From: an uncultured Rhodothermaceae bacterium
Lineage (GTDB): Bacteria > Bacteroidota > Rhodothermia > Rhodothermales > JAHQVL01
NCBI GenBank assembly: GCA_964525535.1
Contig: CAZGHT010000006.1
Location: 43,544 to 107,543 of the forward strand
Direction: 5' to 3'
Length of the DNA: 64,000 nt
Positions 56,992 through 64,000 of the stretch are shown piece after piece. Position 1 is the first letter of the stretch, and each line of letters starts with the position of its first letter. A program made the position numbers and the translations under genes. The notes under the pieces were generated by a model. The model ran no database searches. It worked only from the letters and a program-made list of their open reading frames with translations, and was not told the origin of the DNA.

Positions 56992-59079
56992 ATGGAGGAC
57001 CCTATCGAAAAAAGCCTCTTTCTGGAAGGACCGGCGGGCACCGGGAAAACGACGCACGCCATAACGCGCATCCAGCGACTCATCGAGCAGGGGGTATATG
57101 CCGATGAAATCCTCCTGCTCATCCCGCAGCGCAGCTATACGCTCCCCTACGAAGAACACCTCGATCCGCTAGTCTGGCAACGACTCGGGAAAGGGACGGT
57201 CGGCGGGCTCGCACAACGGATGGTGTCTCTGTTCTGGCCCCTCGTGATGGAAACGTCCTCCTACTCGTTCTCTGAAGACAAGGAACCTACTTTTCTCACC
57301 TATGAGGTGGCTCAGTACTTCATGGCCCGCATAGTGGCTCCGCTCGTCGAGCAGGGCTACTTCGCGGCCCTGCGACTGACCCGGCACCGCTTATATAGCC
57401 AGTTGCTCGACAATCTCAACAAAGCGACGGTAAATTGCATTCCGTTGCACCAGGTTCACGAGTACTTGCGCTCGGATTCTGGCGACGATGCTTCTCGTCG
57501 CATGCTCTTCGACGACATCTCCAGGACGATCAATGCATACCGGGCTCACTGTGTAAAACATAATCTGCTCGACTTCTCTCTGTACAACGAAGTGTTCTGG
57601 GAATTGCTCAGTACCGATCCCGATGTGCGCTCCTTTATGGCCCGGCAATACAGGCATCTCATTTATGACAACTCCGAAGAAGACTTTCCCCTGGCCCACG
57701 ATATCGTCGATGTCTGGCTGCCTGATTTCGATACGGTGCTTATTGTCCACGATACGGACGGGGGATACCGCAAATTCCTGGCGGCAAGCCCGGGGTCAGC
57801 GCGTGCTTTGGAAAATGCCTGCACGGCACACGTGAAGTACGAGCAGAACGATCACACCCCTGGTCATTTGGTAGCCCTCTCAGGCATACTGGTCGACGCA
57901 ATTCATCATAGAAGCCTCGAGCGGGCATCCCTGGAGCCCGAAGGGGATCGGCGCTTCCACCTGTTTTCGGATCGCCTCCATCACGACATGGTCGAACGGG
58001 TGTGCCGTCGGGTAACGCGCCTCGTCGAAGGCGGTCATCCTCCGGACCAGATTGCCGTAATCAGCCCGTTTTTGAGCGACAGCCTGCAGTTTGCCCTCTC
58101 GTCCGGGCTGGAAAAAATGGGAATTGCCGTACACACGCACCGGCCCTCCAGGGTGCTCAGGGATGAGCCAATGACCAAAATGCTTCTGACGCTGGCCGTA
58201 TTGGCTCATCCCGGCTGGGGAATGCAGCGGCCCTCGCTGGAAGCCGTCGCGCACATGTTGAATAAAGGGATCGGTTCTCTGGATCTGGTTCGAGCCACAC
58301 TACTCGCCTCCGGCGTGTACGAAGAGGCCAGTCCTGCCGTTGGATTGAGGCCATTCGAAGATATGCCTTCTTCCCTGAGGGAGCAGGTGACGTTCCAGGC
58401 CGGCGAACTGTACGATCGTCTACGAACCTGGATGGAGCGCTACGCGGAAGGAGAAGAGCTGCCCATCGACCATTTCTTTCGGAAGCTCTTCGGTGAGGTC
58501 ATCAGCCAACCCGGTTTCGGCCTCCACCGGGACGAACAGGCAGGGATACAGGTGGCGAGCGTAGTGGAATCCGCGCAGAAGTTTCGGCAGGCCGTTGCCG
58601 AGGTGCTGGCTGAGGAAGGAGGCGGCGCCGGCCAGGCGTATATCGACATGGTCCGTGAGGGCGTGGTATCCGCTTTTTACGAAATCGACTGGAAGATGCC
58701 GGAAGACGCCGTGTTGCTGTCTCCCGTTCACACCTTCCTCCTCCGGAATCGGGTATTTGAGCACCAGATATGGCTCGACGTCAGCAATCCTTCCTGGCAC
58801 AAACGGATTCCGCAGCCGCTGACGAACCCGTATATACTCAGTCGTGACTGGGAGGTGGGCCGTTTGTGGTCTTCCACGGTAGAAAAACACTTCGAAGTCG
58901 AGCGGCTGGAAAGAATTGTCCTCGGCCTGATTCGCAGATGCTCGGGAGAGGTATATGCGTACTTGAGCGAGTTGAGCGTGGGAGGCCAGGAGCAGGCCGG
59001 CGAACTGTTCCTCGCTCTTGGCCGTGTAAAACGAAGCTTCGTCGATACCGCCTTTACCCTCAACCATCCCGACGTGTGA
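56992..59079 (+). CDS. UvrD/AddB-like helicase-fold protein with intact Walker A but degenerate downstream motifs and no nuclease domain
   Basis: LEGPAGTGKTTHAITRI. The motif II/III positions read IYDNSEEDF and VHDTDGGYRKFLAA. The motif V/VI region is LSPVHTFLLRNRVFEHQIWLDVS. Confidence 0.7.
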   Translation: MEDPIEKSLFLEGPAGTGKTTHAITRIQRLIEQGVYADEILLLIPQRSYTLPYEEHLDPLVWQRLGKGTVGGLAQRMVSLFWPLVMETSSYSFSEDKEPTFLTYEVAQYFMARIVAPLVEQGYFAALRLTRHRLYSQLLDNLNKATVNCIPLHQVHEYLRSDSGDDASRRMLFDDISRTINAYRAHCVKHNLLDFSLYNEVFWELLSTDPDVRSFMARQYRHLIYDNSEEDFPLAHDIVDVWLPDFDTVLIVHDTDGGYRKFLAASPGSARALENACTAHVKYEQNDHTPGHLVALSGILVDAIHHRSLERASLEPEGDRRFHLFSDRLHHDMVERVCRRVTRLVEGGHPPDQIAVISPFLSDSLQFALSSGLEKMGIAVHTHRPSRVLRDEPMTKMLLTLAVLAHPGWGMQRPSLEAVAHMLNKGIGSLDLVRATLLASGVYEEASPAVGLRPFEDMPSSLREQVTFQAGELYDRLRTWMERYAEGEELPIDHFFRKLFGEVISQPGFGLHRDEQAGIQVASVVESAQKFRQAVAEVLAEEGGGAGQAYIDMVREGVVSAFYEIDWKMPEDAVLLSPVHTFLLRNRVFEHQIWLDVSNPSWHKRIPQPLTNPYILSRDWEVGRLWSSTVEKHFEVERLERIVLGLIRRCSGEVYAYLSELSVGGQEQAGELFLALGRVKRSFVDTAFTLNHPDV

Positions 59080-61319
59080 TGTTCAAACCCAGACCCGCGC
59101 AGGAAGCGATCTTATCGTACGAGAACGGCGCCATGGGCATCGCCGCCGTACCAGGGAGCGGCAAAACTTGGACGCTTTCGTGGCTGGCTGCCTCGTTGAT
59201 CACGGAAGGTCATATCCAGGAGGGGCAAGAAGTTCTGGTAGTCACGCTGGTGAATTCAGCGGTCGACAACTTTCGGAAACGCATCTCCTCGTTTCTCGAA
59301 CAGCGTGGGTACCTTACAGGCATCGGTTACCGGGTGCGTACGCTTCACAGCCTGGCCCACGAAATTATTTCGAAAGTGCCCAGCACGGTGGGGGTCGCCG
59401 GCGATTTTTCGGTCGTCGATGAACGGATTGCTGAAGATATCCTGAAGGGCGCCTTTAAAGCGTCTTATCCCCGGTACGAACGGGCTTTGCTCGCGTACAT
59501 CAAGGAGGATATCTCTGCGTACCGCCGTCGAAGGGTCGTGGCTGACGAGTTCCCTCAGATGCTGCAGCAGGTCACCCGCAGTGCGATATCGCATCTCAAA
59601 AACCGGCGCATACGGCCCGATGCCCTGCGAGACAGGTTGACCGGCGAATCGCCCGTGATGGCTTTTCTCGTTGGCGATGTATACGAGCGATATCAACACG
59701 GGCTGGCAACACGGGGCGCGCTGGACTTTGACGACCTGATCACGACAGCCATTCGGTGCCTCGAGCTCGACCCAACGCTCAGCGTCGACCTGAGAGCGTC
59801 GTGGCCTTATATCCTGGAAGACGAAGCACAGGACAGCAGTGCATTGCAGGAGGCTATCCTGCGAATGCTGGTTGGCGATGAGGGTAACTGGGTACGGGTT
59901 GGCGATCCGAATCAGGCTATCTATGAAACTTTTACGACGGCTCACCCCAGGTATCTTCGCCAGTTTCTAAAGGAGGCGGACTTCCAGAGGAACCTTCCGA
60001 ATTCAGGTCGATCGGGCCGGCCTGTCATCGCACTGGCTAACGAGCTCATTCGCTGGGTTCAAGACGATCATCCCGTGGAAGCGTTGCGAGATGCGCTCGC
60101 TCCGCCCTACATCGAGCCTACACCGCCGGGCGACCCGCAGCCCAATCCCCCCGATGAAGAATGCCGCGTCGCGCTGGTCTTCAGAAATCACGACCCGGAG
60201 CTCGAACGGGAACAGGTCGTTCAATCGCTGAAAAAGTGGCTTCCTGACCACAAAGACGAGACCGTGGCGATACTCGTCCCTACACACTCACAGGGAGCCG
60301 AAGTCATCAAAGTCCTCGAACACCACCGAGTCCCCTATACCGATGCGTTGTTGCGCCTCACGACGTCTACGCGAGAAGCGGCCGGCGCACTGAGTCGCAT
60401 CCTTCAGCACCTGGCGCACCCGGCCGAAGCGAAAACGCTGCCTGTGCTCTACCGGGTCTGGTATTACCGCATACTGCGAGAAGAGGAAACGGACGAAAGT
60501 CGCGAACGACTCGAACGGCACCTGACCTGGCTGCGAACGTGCCCAGAGGTATCCGCTCTCATCTGGCCTAATCCGGGGCAGGATTGGCTGGAAGCCCAAC
60601 AGGAAAACCTGCCTGACGACGCTGTGATACTTTTCAGACGATTCAGCGAAAAAGTCAGGCACTGGCACGGCCTGGTTATGCTGCCTATTAGCGAACTTCT
60701 CACGGCCCTGGCACAGGATCTATTCCAGGATCCTGAAAAGCTGGCCATGACCCAGATCTTCGGGGATCTCCTCTCGGAGCGATCGGAATATCAACTGGGC
60801 GTAGACCGGCGCCTCGTTACGCTTGACGAGTTGCAGCGTGAACTGGTTATCATCGCGAAGGATGAAAGGAGGCTTCGATCAGTAGAATCCGACAAGACGG
60901 GGTTCGACCCCGAAGCCCACCGTGGCGAGGTCGTCGTGGCGACCATGCATGGATCCAAGGGATTGGAATGGGATCGCGTCTACCTGGTCTCTGTCAACGA
61001 CTACGATTTTCCTTCCGGCCAGCCCACCGATCGGTTCCGCTCGGAACGTTGGTTCATCCAGGGGAGTCTGAGCCTCGAAGCCGAGACCGTCGCACTGCTG
61101 GATGCCGCCCTCGACGGAGCAGAGTACGAGGAAGGGCATGCTACGCAGGAGGCCCGCTACGACTATGCCCGTGAGCGGTTGCGCTTGCTCTACGTCGGCA
61201 TTACGCGCGCTCGCAAAGAACTCATGATTACGTGTAACACAGGCAAGGGAGATAACCAGCCCGCTGTGGCGTTCAAAGCCCTGCAGGCCTATCTGGAAAA
61301 AATGCATGCCTCCACCTGA
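59079..61319 (+). CDS. SF1A UvrD/PcrA-type DNA helicase lacking a nuclease domain
   Basis: The ATG overlaps the upstream stop (TGATG). Motifs present: AVPGSGKTWTL, ILEDEAQDSS, VGDPNQAIYETF, TMHGSKGLEWDRVYL and YVGITRARKEL. Confidence 0.85.
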   Translation: MFKPRPAQEAILSYENGAMGIAAVPGSGKTWTLSWLAASLITEGHIQEGQEVLVVTLVNSAVDNFRKRISSFLEQRGYLTGIGYRVRTLHSLAHEIISKVPSTVGVAGDFSVVDERIAEDILKGAFKASYPRYERALLAYIKEDISAYRRRRVVADEFPQMLQQVTRSAISHLKNRRIRPDALRDRLTGESPVMAFLVGDVYERYQHGLATRGALDFDDLITTAIRCLELDPTLSVDLRASWPYILEDEAQDSSALQEAILRMLVGDEGNWVRVGDPNQAIYETFTTAHPRYLRQFLKEADFQRNLPNSGRSGRPVIALANELIRWVQDDHPVEALRDALAPPYIEPTPPGDPQPNPPDEECRVALVFRNHDPELEREQVVQSLKKWLPDHKDETVAILVPTHSQGAEVIKVLEHHRVPYTDALLRLTTSTREAAGALSRILQHLAHPAEAKTLPVLYRVWYYRILREEETDESRERLERHLTWLRTCPEVSALIWPNPGQDWLEAQQENLPDDAVILFRRFSEKVRHWHGLVMLPISELLTALAQDLFQDPEKLAMTQIFGDLLSERSEYQLGVDRRLVTLDELQRELVIIAKDERRLRSVESDKTGFDPEAHRGEVVVATMHGSKGLEWDRVYLVSVNDYDFPSGQPTDRFRSERWFIQGSLSLEAETVALLDAALDGAEYEEGHATQEARYDYARERLRLLYVGITRARKELMITCNTGKGDNQPAVAFKALQAYLEKMHAST

Positions 61320-62136
61320 CGGAAATATCGTCTTTAGTGCAAACAGCTTACAGACGTTCGTCGACTGCGAGCGACGCTTCGAACTGAACTACGTCCGCGG
61401 CCTGAAGTGGCCCGCCGTCGAGGCCGAACCGGTGCTGAACAGTGAAACGCATCTCGAGAATGGCCGCCGCTTTCATGAAATGATCCAGCGCCAGCTGCTG
61501 GATATTCCCGTCCCTGAACCGGATGCGGCCCGCGATCCCGAACTGGCTGCGTGGTGGAATCAGTTTCTCATCCACCCTCCGGATATCGAGGAAGGGGAGC
61601 GCCACCCGGAGAAAATACTGGTTGGTACGCTCGAGGGAAGGCTTCTGATGGCGGCTTACGACCTGATCGTCATCACCCCGGACCATCGCGCCCTCATTTA
61701 CGACTGGAAAACCTGGCGCCAGCCTCGATCTCTGCATCAGGTCGAAACGTTGCTGCAGTCCCGCGTTTATCCCTATCTGCTGGTGAAGGAAGGGCAGGCC
61801 CTTACGCCGGGGCATGCCCCGATTGCACCGGATCGCATCGAGCTGCGCTATTGGTACGTCAATTTCCCCGATCAATCGCCGGCATTCAACTACTCGGAAG
61901 CCCGGTACAGGGCAGACAAGGCGTATCTGGACACCCTGATGACCCGTATCGAGACGACCGGAGCGGGAGATTTTGCGTTGACGCCAGATACCCGCCGGTG
62001 TCTGTATTGCCCGTACCGCTCTTACTGCAGAAGAGGCGAACAGGCCGGGCCCTTCGAGGAGATGGACATGGACGATCCGGACTTCTCGACCTCCTTCCTG
62101 GGTGATATCGATGACTATGAGTCGATTGCCTTCTGA
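61306..62136 (+). CDS. PD-(D/E)XK nuclease with a 4-Cys (Fe-S) arrangement, Cas4/AddB-nuclease-like
   Basis: FVDCERRF, GRRFHEMIQ, AAYDLIV, IYDWKT, QSRVYPYL and a C-terminal CLYCPYRSYC. There is a 14-nt overlap with the helicase gene. Confidence 0.75.
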   Translation: MPPPDGNIVFSANSLQTFVDCERRFELNYVRGLKWPAVEAEPVLNSETHLENGRRFHEMIQRQLLDIPVPEPDAARDPELAAWWNQFLIHPPDIEEGERHPEKILVGTLEGRLLMAAYDLIVITPDHRALIYDWKTWRQPRSLHQVETLLQSRVYPYLLVKEGQALTPGHAPIAPDRIELRYWYVNFPDQSPAFNYSEARYRADKAYLDTLMTRIETTGAGDFALTPDTRRCLYCPYRSYCRRGEQAGPFEEMDMDDPDFSTSFLGDIDDYESIAF

Positions 62137-62190
62137 ACGGAAGTGCCGCATCAGCCTACTCGTTCGTGAAGCATTCGGAACAGATGGCCT

Positions 62191-64000
62191 ATGAAATTCA
62201 AATGGGAAGTGCCGCACGAGCGCATAACGGTGCCGGCTGAGATACTCGACGTAACCGGAGGAAAACCGAGGCTCGCTGAAATTCTGGTCCGGCGAGGGCA
62301 CAGAGATGTCGATACCGTCAGGGCTTTCCTATACCCGGACCACTACGAACAGGCGCCGGCTTCCGACCTTCCGGGTATGCGCAAAGGGGTTTCCCGCATT
62401 GAAGAGGCTATCCGTCAGGGGCAGCGTATCCTGGTATGGGGCGATTTCGATGTTGACGGTCAAACCTCGACGGCGCTGTTGTATGCGGGCTTGAAGCGAG
62501 TCGGAGCCGAGGTGTCCTACCACATCCCCGTACGTGAAAAAGAATCACACGGCATACGCCCTGAGTTTCTCCAATCCTATATCGACGACGGGATCGACGT
62601 ACTGTTGAGCTGCGATACTGGGATCGCTGCTCACGAGGCCGTCGACCTGGCCAATCGATCTGGCGTGGACGTGATTATTACAGACCACCACGACCGGCCC
62701 GAGGTGCTGCCGGATGCGTATGCCATCATCAATCCCAAGCTGTTCCCGTGCAAGCATCCTTTGAGCAACCTGCCCGGGGTCGGGGTTGCCTATAAGTTCA
62801 TAGAAGCCCTCTACGAACGAGTGCATCTGGCCCACGAAGCCAGGTCCTTTCTCGATCTCGTGGCTCTTGGGATCGTCGCCGATCTGGCCATCGTCACGGA
62901 AGACACGAGATATCTGCTGCAGTTGGGGCTCGGCGCTTTGAGGAAGACGAGCCGGCACGGCTTGTTGCATCTCATGGATCTGGCAAAGGTCGACCCAGAA
63001 CAGCTGATCGAAGAGCATATCGGTTTTCAAATCGGGCCGCGTCTCAACGCAGTGGGCAGGCTGGCTGACGCGAACGTGTCCGTGCCGCTGTTGACGACGG
63101 ACGACAGCAACGAGGCGCGGGAAATCGCAGAGCGGCTCGAACGGCTCAATGAAGATCGGAGATTCAGGACCGAGCTCGTATATGCGTCCGCGGTCGATCT
63201 GTTGGAAAAAGATCCGTCCCTGTTGCGATATGCGGCGCTCGTGCTGTCTCATTCGGACTGGCACCCGGGGGTGATCGGCATTGTCGCGAGCAGGCTGGTC
63301 GAAGAGTTCGGTAAACCCACCATCTTGATATCCGAGCCCGAGGGAGAGGTTGCCCGGGGGTCGGCCCGCTCTATAGAGGGATACCACATCACCGAAGCAA
63401 TCGCTACTCAGTCAGAGCTCCTCGCCGGATTCGGAGGCCACCCCATGGCTGCCGGTCTGGCCATCGATCCTGCCCACATCGATCGATTCCGGAGGGGCGT
63501 CTCGAAGGCCATCATCGATCAGCGAACAGGAGTGGAAATCGAACCGACCCTCGCTGTCGACGCCAGCCTCGGCCTCGGAGATCTGACGTTCGATCTCGTC
63601 GACGAGATCGAAATGATGGCGCCTTTCGGGCCTGGTAATCCACCCATCCACCTGCTCTGTTCATCCCTTCATGTTGCCGGCGAAGTGCTGATCGGCAGGG
63701 ATAAATCGCACCGAAAGCTCATCGTTGAGGACCGGAGCGGCGAGCGCCGGGAGCTGTTATGGTGGAACAGTGCTGAAGAGCCGATGCCCGAGGGATCTGT
63801 CGACGTCGTAGTGCGTGCTCGCCCCGGGTATTTCAGAGGGGAACGGCAGTTGACGGTTACGCTCCAGGATATGCGCCCATCCGGCGTGCGCATCGCTCGC
63901 TCCGAACCGGGACGCATGATCTTCATCAGGGATCACAGAGAGGAGGAAGAGCCCCTGGCGCTTTGTGAGGAATTGCTGCGATCGGAACGTGAGCTTCTCG
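62191..64000 (+). CDS. recJ: Single-stranded-DNA-specific exonuclease RecJ, N-terminal ~600 aa (continues beyond the window)
   Basis: Own translation from the ATG at 62191 gives MKFKWEVPHERITVPAEILDVTGG...ILVWGDFDVDGQTSTALL...LLSCDTGIAAHEAV...VIITDHHDRP...GVGVAYKF. The frame stays open to nt 64000. It is not in the supplied track, and the minus-strand ORFs listed here are antisense artefacts. Confidence 0.9.
   Translation, partial: MKFKWEVPHERITVPAEILDVTGGKPRLAEILVRRGHRDVDTVRAFLYPDHYEQAPASDLPGMRKGVSRIEEAIRQGQRILVWGDFDVDGQTSTALLYAGLKRVGAEVSYHIPVREKESHGIRPEFLQSYIDDGIDVLLSCDTGIAAHEAVDLANRSGVDVIITDHHDRPEVLPDAYAIINPKLFPCKHPLSNLPGVGVAYKFIEALYERVHLAHEARSFLDLVALGIVADLAIVTEDTRYLLQLGLGALRKTSRHGLLHLMDLAKVDPEQLIEEHIGFQIGPRLNAVGRLADANVSVPLLTTDDSNEAREIAERLERLNEDRRFRTELVYASAVDLLEKDPSLLRYAALVLSHSDWHPGVIGIVASRLVEEFGKPTILISEPEGEVARGSARSIEGYHITEAIATQSELLAGFGGHPMAAGLAIDPAHIDRFRRGVSKAIIDQRTGVEIEPTLAVDASLGLGDLTFDLVDEIEMMAPFGPGNPPIHLLCSSLHVAGEVLIGRDKSHRKLIVEDRSGERRELLWWNSAEEPMPEGSVDVVVRARPGYFRGERQLTVTLQDMRPSGVRIARSEPGRMIFIRDHREEEEPLALCEELLRSERELL

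Noticed and set aside
55960-57159. 399-aa minus-strand ORF covering the muramidase gene
   Set aside because: It is antisense to an ORF with clear PG-binding and DUF3380 motifs. No motifs of its own were found, so it is a shadow ORF.
58866-59078. N-terminal extension of the UvrD ORF in the track (start at 58866)
   Set aside because: The extension overlaps the 3-prime end of the upstream gene in another frame and is Arg-rich. The ATG at 59079 overlaps the upstream stop (TGATG) and is followed 20 residues later by the Walker A motif.
56008-62136. Prophage or defence-island interpretation of the muramidase plus helicase/nuclease block
   Set aside because: No integrase, structural, holin, methyltransferase or other mobile or defence hallmark genes are present. 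There are no flanking direct repeats or tRNA, and the neighbours are housekeeping genes (thuA-like, cutC, recJ). It is kept as a speculative alternative inside the findings, not as a call.
61348-63387. Minus-strand ORFs 61348..62301 (317 aa) and 62545..63387 (280 aa)
   Set aside because: They are antisense to the Fe-S nuclease gene and to recJ, whose plus-strand translations carry diagnostic motifs (DFDVDG, DHH). The recJ ORF is missing from the track only because it has no stop inside the window.

Overview
The window is a 64-kb chromosomal segment, mostly housekeeping. It probably comes from the Bacteroidota/Rhodothermota/Balneolota (FCB) group. The basis is one T9SS C-terminal sorting domain, an ArgF-prime-type arginine cluster, and dxr-rseP-uppS-bamA-skp-skp synteny. 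All product calls rest on motif recognition by eye, because no searches could be run.

Gene content in order:
- Start of window: the 3-prime part of an OMP barrel gene, a CPXCG zinc-ribbon gene, an FG-GAP/choice-of-anchor-B surface protein, and an HExxH-TolB-Omp85 fusion.
- 8-16 kb: two WG-repeat lipoproteins, a DUF1501/DUF1800 pair, and DUF4159 and PGPGW proteins.
- 16-23 kb: serS, rfbD, a small OMP, a thioesterase, a secreted protein and a TPR protein.
- 23-33 kb: the envelope-biogenesis cluster (dxr, rseP, uppS, bamA, 2x skp), then panB and surE.
- 33.4-36.4 kb: a small block that looks more AT-rich by eye (an orphan gene, a 1-Cys OxyR-like LysR regulator, a CsbD-like protein, and a ParA-like protein with a degenerate P-loop).
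- 36-42 kb: glgC, mscS, corA, a PQQ-dependent dehydrogenase and a DUF1080 protein.
- 42-50 kb: a seven-gene arginine cluster (argG-C-D-F'-B-E-H on the minus strand).
- 50-56 kb: a DEDDh exonuclease, prlC, cutC and a ThuA-like gene.
- 56-64 kb: an endolysin-type muramidase gene, then a three-gene helicase/helicase-like/Fe-S-nuclease operon, then recJ. recJ runs off the window end and is absent from the ORF track.

I found no rRNA, tRNA, CRISPR array, transposase or integrase.

Observations most worth follow-up:
1. A tripartite AddAB-like helicase-nuclease operon next to recJ, preceded by a signal-less muramidase gene.
2. A family of about 105-135 bp palindromic repeats (four copies, two of them in perfect tandem) with compensatory stem changes.
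3. A roughly 630-bp ORF-poor spacer of unknown content.
4. A relic of an HD/DUF5706 (Pycsar-effector-type TM) gene fused behind glgC.
5. A DUF1501 protein carrying both a Tat signal and a T9SS sorting domain.

None of these can be declared a new system from sequence alone.
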